DNA of 52,331 nt, from the IMG/VR virus record IMGVR_UViG_3300024520_000102, positions 1-52,331 of that record. The stretch is one strand, 5' to 3'. Shown here one piece after another: positions 1-8,889 of the stretch. The notes under the pieces are model-generated. The model had not been told where the DNA came from. It did not search any database and worked only from the letters and a program-made list of their open reading frames with translations. This DNA is from a virus. Its lineage: Duplodnaviria; Caudoviricetes. Numbering within the stretch: position 1 is the first letter of the stretch; every line of letters begins with the position of its first letter. Made by a program: the position numbers and the translations under genes.

Positions 1-12
1 TATCATCATCGC

Positions 13-204
13 TCATTTTGTTGTTATCTCCTCACTGTTCGGTGCATCATAATCAGGATACCAAAGGTCAGCATTTATCACATACGCCCCAGCCTCAAAA
101 TGGTTATCTTTAGACCAATACGCAAATATCCACTGTCTAATAGTAACATCCCACACTATGCACCTTTGGCCTGCTTTGGGGGCTTGCTCCATTGCTGACT
201 TCAT
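13..204 (-). CDS. small phage hypothetical protein (DUF551-like)
   Basis: 63 aa ORF coupled to the upstream ORF; P-x5-CIVW...W pattern resembles DUF551-type phage proteins. Confidence 0.5.
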   Translation of the reverse strand: MKSAMEQAPKAGQRCIVWDVTIRQWIFAYWSKDNHFEAGAYVINADLWYPDYDAPNSEEITTK

Positions 205-398
205 CGCTTGTATTCCTCCATCTTCAATTCGTGTACCGCTTCTCTAAGGGCCAGCCGTGCCGTGCCGTAATAACACCCCGTCAACTCTACTAGTTGCGCC
301 TCTTGTGCCTTGCGGTCTGTCTTGTCGATTGTGGCTAGGTTACGGGCCACAGCTATGATTTCTTTACGGCGCTGTCTGTTGTAAGCATATCCTTTCAT
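201..398 (-). CDS. hypothetical protein
   Basis: 65 aa ORF, 4-bp overlaps with both neighbours. Confidence 0.55.
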   Translation of the reverse strand: MKGYAYNRQRRKEIIAVARNLATIDKTDRKAQEAQLVELTGCYYGTARLALREAVHELKMEEYKR

Positions 399-721
399 GC
401 TATCGGCCTTTCGGCGTGGTATTCTGTCTTAAACCTTTTACCACATTGGCATAAGCAGTAAACATAACCGTCAATATCATAGCCGCCCGTGTGATAATTG
501 TTAAATTCTTTAATATCATCTCTGATATAACGTACCTGCGCCTCAACGCCATCATCTAAAACATCACAAACATCAAACGAGATGCTACAGTGCGGGCAAA
601 CATCGGAGGCAATAGGAAATAGCTCACTAATGGGCGGCGCATCGTAAAGAGTGATAGAAAAAACTCGCATGGCTATGGTTAATTGTGGGAAAATTGGCTG
701 ATACATCGTTAATGTGGTCAT
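395..721 (-). CDS. hypothetical Zn-binding protein, probably leaderless
   Basis: CPHC...CQCG motifs; ATG lies 6 nt after the -10 box of promoter copy 1. Confidence 0.6.
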   Translation of the reverse strand: MTTLTMYQPIFPQLTIAMRVFSITLYDAPPISELFPIASDVCPHCSISFDVCDVLDDGVEAQVRYIRDDIKEFNNYHTGGYDIDGYVYCLCQCGKRFKTEYHAERPIA

Positions 722-727
722 TAGTCA

Positions 728-782
728 ATGGTACTCTATTTTACTCAGTAGTGCTTGACGCTTGCTCTACGCTTGCCCTATT
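728..782 (-). promoter_or_regulatory. phage repeat-promoter copy 1
   Basis: minus strand: TAGGGCAAG CGTAGAGCAAG CGTCAAG-N20-TACCAT. Confidence 0.8.
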
Positions 783-1089
783 GTCTCATTTGAACAATTT
801 CAGGCTCTTGATTAGGAGCAAAATGATACACCCCCGTTTCTTTCTCTACGAATACCACATTGCTATACCGCTCTACGTTAGCGGCCCAAACAAGGACGGG
901 ACACTCGTATTGTACATTGTGAATTACAATTTTATTAGTAACTACAACCCATTCATAATCTTTTCTTGGGTTGTCACAATGCAAATCGGTGTAAATGGGG
1001 AAAGCACACTCACTATCGGCAAGCACATCTGCAATCCACCCGTCAGGCGAAACTTCTGTACCAAAAAAAACGCCGTCATCTGTTAGCAT
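778..1089 (-). CDS. hypothetical protein
   Basis: 103 aa ORF with GAGGA upstream, in a tightly packed minus-strand operon. Confidence 0.6.
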   Translation of the reverse strand: MLTDDGVFFGTEVSPDGWIADVLADSECAFPIYTDLHCDNPRKDYEWVVVTNKIVIHNVQYECPVLVWAANVERYSNVVFVEKETGVYHFAPNQEPEIVQMRQ

Positions 1090-1270
1090 TAAACATTTCC
1101 TCTGTCAAATCTTCATACTCAAAATCAATAAACATATCTTTATTGTGCCTCACAAGTTGCCCGAACTCCCCAACTTTTGCCTCTAGTCGCTTTAACCAAA
1201 TGGTGTTAGGGAATAGTCGTGATAGCTCGGACAGGGCCAACATCTCGTTAATTAGTCGGTTTGCCCTCAT
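1076..1270 (-). CDS. hypothetical protein
   Basis: 64 aa ORF, TAATG coupling with the upstream small ORF. Confidence 0.55.
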   Translation of the reverse strand: MRANRLINEMLALSELSRLFPNTIWLKRLEAKVGEFGQLVRHNKDMFIDFEYEDLTEEMFNANR

Positions 1271-1449
1271 TAACTTTTGGCATCATCCGCCTGTGCCTCC
1301 AGCGCTTTTATAAACGCTTGCGTTAATCTAACAGTATTGTCGTGATAGACTTTAGAGTGATATTGAGTTGCACCACCCCACCCAATCCCGAAAAATCCAA
1401 GGCATACACTAGTTAATACGAAAAAAAAAACATCGGGACTAATGAGCAT
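1270..1449 (-). CDS. small membrane protein (59 aa, absent from ORF track)
   Basis: own translation MLISPDVFFFVLTSVCLGFFGIGWGG...DDAKS; GGAGG upstream; TAATG coupling to the next gene. Confidence 0.6.
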   Translation of the reverse strand: MLISPDVFFFVLTSVCLGFFGIGWGGATQYHSKVYHDNTVRLTQAFIKALEAQADDAKS

Positions 1450-1540
1450 CTTTCCAAGCCTCCCATGCCAGCTTGGAGACGAAGCCAGCTATAAGACATA
1501 ACACAAGTAAAACAATTATTGCTAATGGCGAAATCATCAT
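1439..1540 (-). CDS. small single-TM peptide (33 aa, absent from ORF track)
   Basis: MMISPLAIIVLLVLCLIAGFVSKLAWEAWKDAH; ATGA overlap with the upstream ORF. Confidence 0.5.
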   Translation of the reverse strand: MMISPLAIIVLLVLCLIAGFVSKLAWEAWKDAH

Positions 1541-1866
1541 TGTTGTAGTTCCTCGTTATCATTATCGCTAATCAGTATATCTAATATCGGATTTATAAAA
1601 CGATCTCTATTTTTAATCCGCATATCTAAAGTTTCCACTTTCTTATTTATCCGGCTGGTTTCAGCGATTATCTCGCGCTGTTTTCTTTTTATATCGAACA
1701 ATTCCGCCCACACGGCGGCGTTTATCCCAACTTGGGCATTGATAGACACTACCACCCCCGCATGCTTGCGGTTGCATTGCTTTAACGTCTTACGTAATTC
1801 GTCAATCTCTGCAAAAACCTTAGAATTGTCAGGCGGCTTGGGGAAAATACGGTTTAGTAAGCTCAT
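1537..1866 (-). CDS. coiled-coil hypothetical protein
   Basis: 109 aa, heptad-like character, coupled to the upstream gene. Confidence 0.55.
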   Translation of the reverse strand: MSLLNRIFPKPPDNSKVFAEIDELRKTLKQCNRKHAGVVVSINAQVGINAAVWAELFDIKRKQREIIAETSRINKKVETLDMRIKNRDRFINPILDILISDNDNEELQQ

Positions 1867-2174
1867 GCGTCTCGTTCCTTATCCTTCAAGGCTTTGGTTA
1901 GTATGTCCATTGCTAACGACTGATACTCTTTTGATATGTCCAATTGCTTGTAAAGCGATTCTAGTGCTTCGGTAGTTCTCATGGCCCTCGCGTTGTCTTC
2001 GGTCAACAACTCTATATAGCGCTCGTTTTCCTTCTCTCTAGTCGCTTTGTTGTCCATTCGCTCTTTCTCAAGAGAGCGCCATAGGAAAACTACCACGGCC
2101 ATGAGGGATGCTATAATAAAGCCAGCGACAGGCCCGAACGCCTCCGCCCCAGTTGTTAAAAGTTCATCAGGCAT
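1863..2174 (-). CDS. putative holin-like protein (N-terminal TM helix plus charged coiled coil)
   Basis: hydrophobic GPVAGFIIASLMAVVVFLW then a highly charged helix, architecture of BhlA/UviB-type holins. Confidence 0.45.
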   Translation of the reverse strand: MPDELLTTGAEAFGPVAGFIIASLMAVVVFLWRSLEKERMDNKATREKENERYIELLTEDNARAMRTTEALESLYKQLDISKEYQSLAMDILTKALKDKERDA

Positions 2175-2183
2175 AATATAGAC

Positions 2184-2212
2184 ATTCTACCATGTAGATG
2201 GCGAATTGTCAT
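2184..2212 (-). promoter_or_regulatory. sigma70-type promoter
   Basis: ATGACA-N17-TAGAAT with TG extension, 9 nt before the ATG at 2174. Confidence 0.6.
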
Positions 2213-2216
2213 TATT

Positions 2217-3854
2217 TTATGATAACCTAGAAATCGCCTTAATTGCAAACCCATGCGTAATCATTTTCGCAATCGTTCCTTTAGTTGTGTGCTTTGTTAC
2301 GCCTTGCACATTTAGCTTTTTAGCGAGTTTCTTTTGCGGCTCACTTGCCTGAGTAGAGCGCCATGCCTCACCCTCTTTTGCTAGTTTCGCATTCCCCCAC
2401 TGGTTTGCTATATCCTCACTAATTAAGAATATATCCTCAAACACGCCGTTAGTATGTTGTCTAGCTTTCCAGTCCCAAGTATCTTTTTTCTTGCCAACTA
2501 AAAATAAATCATAACCATTCGGGGATGGTCTTAGCAATAATATCCGCTCGTTATTATCGTGAGCAGTACCAAGGCCAAGCGACTTACAACCATCTGGCGC
2601 ATTATACCACACCCAAGGCGATTGGCTGAGATATTCTAGTTTTTTAGCTACCAACGCCATGGGGTCTCCATTCAGGAATGAAAACTCATTTCCGTCATAA
2701 GTAAATCCACCCTCTACGTTATCATCACTAGAGCTATCATCAGGTTTTATATACTCTTTACGTTCTAGCGGTGTACCTAGAATATCCCCTAACATAGCAA
2801 TGTTGCGGGTATTACTTGGCGCATAATCAAGGATTACAGCATCCGTTTTGTTTGGGAATATCCTTAACGCCCTGCCGATAATTTGAGTGTAGAGGCTATC
2901 TGATTGAGTTGGCCTAACCTGATGAATTGCAGATACTTGGGGAACGTCTAGCCCTTCGGTGAACAAAGCACAATTACATAATACCTCATATTCCCCGCCC
3001 CTAAACCTTTCCAGAATGGCAGAGCGTTCTTTTTTGTTGGTCTTCCCATCAGCCGCTATTGCTCTTACTCCAGCCTCTTTGAATTTCTCCGCTAAATCAT
3101 AAGCACCTTGCACCGTTGTAGTATAAGCGAGCGATTGCCGACCATCAACATACTTTTTATGACTTTCTACTACTAGCTCGAAACAGTTATCGGTTTCAAA
3201 TACCTTACTGAGTTGTTTCTGGTTAAAGTCCCCCATCTGCTTTTTAACACCTTGCAGGCTTATCCCGGTTTGAATACTCAGAAACTTAACCGGTGCTAAA
3301 AACCCATTTTCAATCCCGAAACTTATAGTATACTTACCGCTCACTTTTTCGAATACTGTTGACAAACCATCGTCATCAGAGCGTAAAGGCGTAGCGGTTA
3401 CCCCAAGATGTTTGAGATTTGGATTATCTTTCCGCAACCGTTCATAAAGGTTTTTGTAGGTATTCGCTGTGGAGTGGTGAGCCTCATCAGTAATGATAAA
3501 ATCAATTTTCCCATAATCGAGAACTTGGCTCACTCTCTTTTCGCTTGCCAGAGTTTGAATGGTTGCTATTATCAAATCACTCTTATACTCATTCTTGTTA
3601 GCCATCACGATACCGGCTCTTGAAGCTAAGTAGGGAAAATATTGCTCTAATCGTTCCATTGGTTGGTCAATTAGCTCTTTTCGGTGAGCAATAATAATAC
3701 CACGTTTATCACTCTTAAGTACTTTATCAAGTAAGGCCGAGAAGATGATAGTTTTACCTAGTCCCGTGGCCGCTACTAATAAAATACTATTGTGAGTTTC
3801 CCAATCTGTGGCTATATTGTTTATTGCTTCTGTTTGGTACGGTCTTAATTTCAT
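2217..3854 (-). CDS. SF2 DEAD/DEAH-box helicase (RadD/IRC3-like)
   Basis: LRPYQ, ATGLGKT, DEAHH, GVTATP, LFTEGLDVP, QIIGRALR motifs. Confidence 0.93.
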   Translation of the reverse strand: MKLRPYQTEAINNIATDWETHNSILLVAATGLGKTIIFSALLDKVLKSDKRGIIIAHRKELIDQPMERLEQYFPYLASRAGIVMANKNEYKSDLIIATIQTLASEKRVSQVLDYGKIDFIITDEAHHSTANTYKNLYERLRKDNPNLKHLGVTATPLRSDDDGLSTVFEKVSGKYTISFGIENGFLAPVKFLSIQTGISLQGVKKQMGDFNQKQLSKVFETDNCFELVVESHKKYVDGRQSLAYTTTVQGAYDLAEKFKEAGVRAIAADGKTNKKERSAILERFRGGEYEVLCNCALFTEGLDVPQVSAIHQVRPTQSDSLYTQIIGRALRIFPNKTDAVILDYAPSNTRNIAMLGDILGTPLERKEYIKPDDSSSDDNVEGGFTYDGNEFSFLNGDPMALVAKKLEYLSQSPWVWYNAPDGCKSLGLGTAHDNNERILLLRPSPNGYDLFLVGKKKDTWDWKARQHTNGVFEDIFLISEDIANQWGNAKLAKEGEAWRSTQASEPQKKLAKKLNVQGVTKHTTKGTIAKMITHGFAIKAISRLS

Positions 3855-3860
3855 AAATTT

Positions 3861-3915
3861 ATATTATCACGGTTTAGAGCGTTTAACTTGACGGGAAGCC
3901 TACGGGTTGCCTACA
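3861..3915 (-). promoter_or_regulatory. phage repeat-promoter copy 2 (leaderless helicase mRNA)
   Basis: TGTAGGCAACC CGTAGGCTTCC CGTCAAG-N20-TAATAT-N6-ATG. Confidence 0.8.
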
Positions 3916-3926
3916 ATCAGTACTGT

Positions 3927-4274
3927 TTAGTCCTCTAATTTTGAATTGTAATCTCGTACGTCATCAGGTGACATTGTTCGCCAAGAGCCGTCATAATTCT
4001 CTCTGACCACATCATCAGGCAAAAACATTGTTATTCGACCTGCCTCATAAGCAAGTCTAACTATTTTAGTTCCATATGTATCACCATGTACAATCACAGG
4101 ACAAACCTCGTACGTAAAACCACTGTACCCATCTTTAATCTCAATTGTCGCCCACGCTAAAACCTGATAAAACGAAGCGCTTTCATCCTCAGTACCTTCA
4201 AAATGTAAAGTTCGCACCCAACAAGGTACGCTCACATGTGCCATGCTTACTACTTTATGTTTTGTAGTAGCCAT
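3927..4274 (-). CDS. hypothetical protein
   Basis: 115 aa ORF with G-rich RBS. Confidence 0.6.
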   Translation of the reverse strand: MATTKHKVVSMAHVSVPCWVRTLHFEGTEDESASFYQVLAWATIEIKDGYSGFTYEVCPVIVHGDTYGTKIVRLAYEAGRITMFLPDDVVRENYDGSWRTMSPDDVRDYNSKLED

Positions 4275-4292
4275 AACCCCCCCTAAAACACA

Positions 4293-4394
4293 AAACGCCC
4301 GAACTTACTCACAAGTTGTCACGTATCACTTAAGATACCTTGCTTTCGGTTCAGGCGTGTTTGATTAGTTAAACTTAAGTGATTAACGTGACAA
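4293..4394 (-). ncRNA. structured 5' leader with interleaved complementary segments (a-b-a'-b')
   Basis: 4374-4394 complementary to 4316-4334; 4349-4362 complementary to 4293-4304. Confidence 0.55.
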
Positions 4395-4398
4395 GGAT

Positions 4399-4427
4399 AT
4401 TATACCATGAACCGATCTATTACTCAA
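4399..4427 (-). promoter_or_regulatory. sigma70-type promoter
   Basis: TTGAGT-N17-TATAAT with TG extension. Confidence 0.7.
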
Positions 4428-4449
4428 AAACTTATATCCTATATTTTTT

Positions 4450-4562
4450 TCACAACCGTTTACAACCGTTACAACCAGTTACATGCAAACTGTCGCTATA
4501 CACAATACATGTTTTAGACTACTTTACATGTAAACGGTTTGAAACGGTTGAAACGGTTGTGA
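4450..4562. repeat. inverted arrays of short iterons, putative replication origin
   Basis: three CAACCGTT-like units facing three AAACGGTT units around an AT-rich core, right after the D5 helicase stop. Confidence 0.65.
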
Positions 4563-4569
4563 TACACAT

Positions 4570-6237
4570 TTAAGTAGAATATAACTCTATATTTATCCAA
4601 ACTTTTTTACCATTTTTAGATTGTCTTGAAAATCCTAGACTTTCCATCCGTTTATTAAATTTTCTATGTGTCAATTTATTAGGATCATCATAGGAAAAAC
4701 TCTCATAACTAAAACGCATATCTTTAACAGGTGTGCAGGCTCCAGTTTGTAATATACAGTTTTCTTCTATAAAATCAGGAAAATTGTCAGCCTCTTGGTG
4801 GTATGTTTCCGTTACCGCCTTGACGCTTTCGGGTATTTGCAAGCCGTGTTTTTGCCACTCAAGACACCCTGCAATAGACCAATTCAAAGCACCTGATATT
4901 TCAGACTGTAATTTCTCGATTAACTCAGTATCTCGTTTATGTTCAAATGGATTATCGGGGTCAGGGTTCTCAACAAATCTATGGATAAATGGAATTAAAA
5001 TTATTCTTTCCCATATCGCCCCGTCTAAACAATCAATAACGGGCTTAGGGTTTGTGATAAGGAAAATTTGATGTGTAGGCTTCCATTCTTGCGCCTTCTC
5101 ATATAGTCCCCTGCCAACGATAATGTCCCCCCCCGTTATCAGTTTAATAGTTGCTTCTTTTAGCTTGGCTTGTTTCTCGGTTTCTGACACATACCCAAGT
5201 CTTAAGCCTTTCAGTTCCATAAGGAAAGGGGTAGCACCTCCGTTTCTACCAGTATCAATAATTACATCAGAATGTATAGGCTTCATCAATGGTGATAGTA
5301 TATCTTTTAGAACCGTTACCAGTGTCGATTTTCCATTCCTGCCATCTTCCCCCCAAAATATCGGGAATATATGCTCTGTAGCTAATCCGGCGATTGAGTA
5401 ACCTATTAACCTCTGTATAAACCTTGCAAGCTCAATATCCCCCCCGAATATCTCAAGTATGAATTGTTCAAACCGTGGGCACTTAGCATGCGGGTCAAAA
5501 TCTGTACTAGATGCAGTTTTAATATAATCTGATGGATTACCATCTTTAAGCTGTCCAGTCGTTAAGTCAACCGTGCCATTATTCACGCCTAACAGCATGG
5601 GGTTATTATCCCAAACCTCCCCCTGAACACCCATAAGAGCCTCTGATAATTCTAATATTCTTTTAGTACGGTTTAACGCTCTTAACTTATTGCATCGCTC
5701 CATAAACGACGATGATAATAGTTTTAGTTGGTCTCTTTTTTCTATATCATCCTTGCTAATCTTGCCCCCACCATCCTTAATCCTACCTATTTCTGCACTC
5801 TTTGCCGCATATTCTGCATTAAGAGACATTGCCGATAAATGATATTGATTAGAAACCTGTACAATAAACAGAAACTTGATTGTATTTTTATCCGCTTGCC
5901 AGTGTACGCCATTCCATATATGCCATCTTTTAGCGGTGTTATCATACACTACACGGTTATGATACAGCTTATCAAAAATATAACTATCGCCTTGTTCGTT
6001 TTGATAGTAACAATCCTTAACAAATCCAATATCCAAGGCTGGCAACTGTTCTTTAATACATACCTTCGCAATCTCACCATTTACTGGCATCGGTAAATCA
6101 TCAACATTATCAAGAGCATAACGAACCGCATGTAGAGCCTTTTCTGTTTGCTCTTCTGTGTAACCTCTTGCCTTGTCTGCTATGCTGAAAAGCTCACTCT
6201 TTAGCTGTAACTCAGTTGGCTTTTCTGGCATTGCCAT
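4570..6237 (-). CDS. P4/D5-family SF3 replicative helicase (no primase domain)
   Basis: D5_N-like WHIWNGVHW and LLGVNNGTVDL; Walker A GEDGRNGKST; IKLITGGD; AIWERIILIPF. Confidence 0.9.
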   Translation of the reverse strand: MAMPEKPTELQLKSELFSIADKARGYTEEQTEKALHAVRYALDNVDDLPMPVNGEIAKVCIKEQLPALDIGFVKDCYYQNEQGDSYIFDKLYHNRVVYDNTAKRWHIWNGVHWQADKNTIKFLFIVQVSNQYHLSAMSLNAEYAAKSAEIGRIKDGGGKISKDDIEKRDQLKLLSSSFMERCNKLRALNRTKRILELSEALMGVQGEVWDNNPMLLGVNNGTVDLTTGQLKDGNPSDYIKTASSTDFDPHAKCPRFEQFILEIFGGDIELARFIQRLIGYSIAGLATEHIFPIFWGEDGRNGKSTLVTVLKDILSPLMKPIHSDVIIDTGRNGGATPFLMELKGLRLGYVSETEKQAKLKEATIKLITGGDIIVGRGLYEKAQEWKPTHQIFLITNPKPVIDCLDGAIWERIILIPFIHRFVENPDPDNPFEHKRDTELIEKLQSEISGALNWSIAGCLEWQKHGLQIPESVKAVTETYHQEADNFPDFIEENCILQTGACTPVKDMRFSYESFSYDDPNKLTHRKFNKRMESLGFSRQSKNGKKVWINIELYST

Positions 6238-6394
6238 TCACCTCGTTTTTCTTCGTTGGCATACCACCCTTGATTAAAATTCGCCTCATTATCACACTGA
6301 GAGATACGTCCTCATTAAATGCTAACTGTCGAAACCATTGCCTTTGAAATGGTAATACCTCAGCAGAAACCACCGGCTTTTTTCTTTGCTTCAT
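6212..6394 (-). CDS. small DNA-binding protein (ribbon-helix-helix-like)
   Basis: 60 aa basic; strand-helix-helix pattern ...LAFNEDVSLSVIMRRIL. Confidence 0.5.
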   Translation of the reverse strand: MKQRKKPVVSAEVLPFQRQWFRQLAFNEDVSLSVIMRRILIKGGMPTKKNEVNGNARKAN

Positions 6395-6428
6395 TGTTCA
6401 CTCCGTTGTATAATTTATAAGCTAGAAC

Positions 6429-6456
6429 ATTGTACCATACTATAAAGAATAGTCAA
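6429..6456 (-). promoter_or_regulatory. sigma70-type promoter for the RHH/helicase operon
   Basis: TTGACT-N16-TACAAT with TG extension. Confidence 0.6.
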
Positions 6457-6460
6457 TCAT

Positions 6461-6515
6461 TGTAGCTTAAGCGTATAGTAAGCGTCAAGCAATATCAAAA
6501 AGTATGGTGTATACT
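6461..6515 (+). promoter_or_regulatory. phage repeat-promoter copy 3
   Basis: TGTAGCTTAAG CGTATAGTAAG CGTCAAG-N20-TATACT. Confidence 0.8.
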
Positions 6516-6554
6516 TTAGAAGCATTTAATTAAACAAATTAAAGGAGCATCACA

Positions 6555-7349
6555 GTGACCGAACAAATAGTAAAATATGAAGCAAAAAACATGGTAAAAA
6601 CAGAGCCACCTAAGTCTTTGAATGAGTTGGTAGAAATGGCTGGTTTTCTTGCAAAATCACGTTTTTGGGGGATGGATGAAAATCAGATAATTAGTTTAAT
6701 GTTGGTAGCTCAGGCGGATGGTATTCCGGCTGTTAATGCGTTACGAGAATACAGTCTTATCAAGGAGAAACCAAGCATGAAAGCCGAAGCAATGCAGGCA
6801 AGGTTTCAACAGCATGGGGGTATTGTTAAATGGTTGGTAGTTTCAGATGTTGAGGTATCCGCCGAGTTTAATCATCCAAGTTCCAGCCCTGTGGTAATTA
6901 GCTGGACTATCGAGATGGCACAGCGGGCAGGGTTGGCAAATAAGGACGTATGGAAAAAGTATCCGCTTGACATGTTACGTAGTCGTTGCATTTCCAGAGG
7001 TGTCCGCACTTGTTACCCCGGCGTTATTCTTGGGATTTACACGCCGGAAGAGGTTGAATCGTTTAGTGAACCAGTCACTCAATACAATACTGATATTGTG
7101 GACGTTACGCCTGCCGGTGAGGTTGTCGCAGTACCAAAAACTAAAAAAACACTTACTCAATCTGACATGATAACCAACTTGTTAGCAAAACATGGATTAA
7201 GCGAAGATGAGGCGCTTTATAAAATCAGAGAACTCAGTAATATATCTGATTGGCCCGACGTTGCCCGTTCAGATATAGCAAGTTGGGAGAAAATCGACCA
7301 ATTGTTATCAGATAACGAATTAACCGACGAAGAAAACGAGGCCATGTAA
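6555..7349 (+). CDS. RecT/Bet-like single-strand annealing protein
   Basis: AQRAGL...WKKYPLDMLRSRCISRGVRTCYP...GIYTPEE signature; AGGAG RBS. Confidence 0.8.
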   Translation: MTEQIVKYEAKNMVKTEPPKSLNELVEMAGFLAKSRFWGMDENQIISLMLVAQADGIPAVNALREYSLIKEKPSMKAEAMQARFQQHGGIVKWLVVSDVEVSAEFNHPSSSPVVISWTIEMAQRAGLANKDVWKKYPLDMLRSRCISRGVRTCYPGVILGIYTPEEVESFSEPVTQYNTDIVDVTPAGEVVAVPKTKKTLTQSDMITNLLAKHGLSEDEALYKIRELSNISDWPDVARSDIASWEKIDQLLSDNELTDEENEAM

Positions 7350-7681
7350 TGTCATATCTTACAACCTACACTCTAACATGTGACACTAACGCCATGATAG
7401 AAGAGTTAAGACAAGAAAACGAGGCCGCATCAATAGCATTTAACGAGTTAGGTGAACCATTCGAAAAAATAGGATGGTTCACATGGCGTGAAGACCTGCA
7501 AGAGTTCAGCAAAAAACACCCCGACGATTTATTTATTCTGGAGGGTGACGGTGAAGACACAAGCGACTTATGGAAATGTTACTTTAAGAATGGTAAATCT
7601 CAAAAGGCATGGGCCAAAATCACCTATGATGAATTTGATCCTGAGCAACTAATCGAATTTGAGGACAAGCCGCCGTTTTAG
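7349..7681 (+). CDS. hypothetical phage protein
   Basis: 110 aa, TAATG coupled, acidic C-terminus ending PPF. Confidence 0.65.
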   Translation: MSYLTTYTLTCDTNAMIEELRQENEAASIAFNELGEPFEKIGWFTWREDLQEFSKKHPDDLFILEGDGEDTSDLWKCYFKNGKSQKAWAKITYDEFDPEQLIEFEDKPPF

Positions 7682-7725
7682 CGTAGGCTTACCGTCAAGT
7701 TAAACGATTAAAAGCATGATATAGT
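7682..7725 (+). promoter_or_regulatory. phage repeat-promoter copy 4
   Basis: CGTAGGCTTAC CGTCAAG-N20-TATAGT. Confidence 0.75.
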
Positions 7726-7815
7726 AATCTCAATTCACCACCTCACCTCAATTAAAACTTACCTAAGCCATAAGAATACAAGCGGGGTGGGGTGGTGAAT
7801 AATGAGGACAATGAA

Positions 7816-8889
7816 ATGAAATACGATACTCAACAAATTAACGAACTTGAGCGGATTGAGGATTATATAGGTAAGTTTATAGACTTGAAACGGACTGGTA
7901 AAAACTTAAAGGGTTGCTGTCCGTTCCATAACAGCGCATCAGGTGAAAGTTTTGTTGTATTTCCTGAGACACAATCATGGCATTGTTATGGTGCGTGTCA
8001 TGAGAGTGGTGATAGGATTAAATTCCACATGAAAAAGTTCAATCTTGAATTTAAAGATGCTTGCAAGGATTTGAGCAACGGGCATACCTTATCTGAGGAT
8101 TACAAGCCCAAACCCACCCCAAAACGTCCCAAAATCAATGAGAGCTTCTACCCCGCTAAAGAGGATTATGATAATGCAGAAAACGCAACGGGTAACGCAT
8201 ACACAGAACTCAAAAAAATCCCTGTTGAGATTTTGCAAGAGTTGAAAGCTAAACAGGTTGACGATAAGATTTTAATCCCAATGTTTGGCGGTGGGAAAAT
8301 CAAAGGCTTTCAAGATATACAGTCAAGCCGTGATTGGGGTGCTGAGAAAATTACACGTGGTAATACGGGTTCTGCGATACTCGGCAAACTTAAAAATGGC
8401 GTTCCGATTTTATTAGGTGAAGGTATCGCAACTTGCGCCAGTGCCTACATTGCAACAGAGAAAAATTTACCCGTGGTAATCGCTTTTAACTCAGGTCGGT
8501 TGGCTTTAGTAGCGAAGGTGCTACGAAAACGATACGCCGATAGTGAGATATATATCTTGACTGATTTAGATAAAAGCATGACGGGCCAAAACATGTCAAT
8601 AGATATATCTGAAAATGTTGACAATGTTTACCCCATCATGCCGTCTAATAATTTGCACGGTATGAAATCTTTTGATTTCTCTGACTTGCATCTAAAATAC
8701 GGTTTAGATACCGTTGGTGAGGTAATCAACAATACAATCACTAAGCCCCCATGTGGTAGCGGACAATGTAAACCTGACGGAATATCAAAGGTTATGGTTG
8801 GTGGGAAACTACAGTGTTTGAATTGTGATAAATCTTATAAAGAAATCCCGTACGGGGTGAATATATTAAATCGAAGGTATGAAGAGTAA
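7816..8889 (+). CDS. DNA primase (CHC2 zinc finger plus Toprim)
   Basis: CCPFH...WHCYGAC zinc finger; GEGIAT, IAFNSGRL and DLD Toprim motifs; start set at MKYD after GAGGA. Confidence 0.85.
   Translation: MKYDTQQINELERIEDYIGKFIDLKRTGKNLKGCCPFHNSASGESFVVFPETQSWHCYGACHESGDRIKFHMKKFNLEFKDACKDLSNGHTLSEDYKPKPTPKRPKINESFYPAKEDYDNAENATGNAYTELKKIPVEILQELKAKQVDDKILIPMFGGGKIKGFQDIQSSRDWGAEKITRGNTGSAILGKLKNGVPILLGEGIATCASAYIATEKNLPVVIAFNSGRLALVAKVLRKRYADSEIYILTDLDKSMTGQNMSIDISENVDNVYPIMPSNNLHGMKSFDFSDLHLKYGLDTVGEVINNTITKPPCGSGQCKPDGISKVMVGGKLQCLNCDKSYKEIPYGVNILNRRYEE

Noticed and set aside
1421-1430. A10 homopolymer as a phase-variation tract
   Set aside because: Currently in frame, encoding a Phe run in a TM helix; no evidence of variation from one sequence
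685-6096. Plus-strand ORFs over the left minus-strand operons
   Set aside because: Shadow frames; the minus-strand genes are coupled and carry motifs
7331-7426. 14-bp repeat AAGAAAACGAGGCC (also TGAGTAGAAA near 15629 and 15823) as further junction duplications
   Set aside because: Too short or not bracketing a whole gene convincingly
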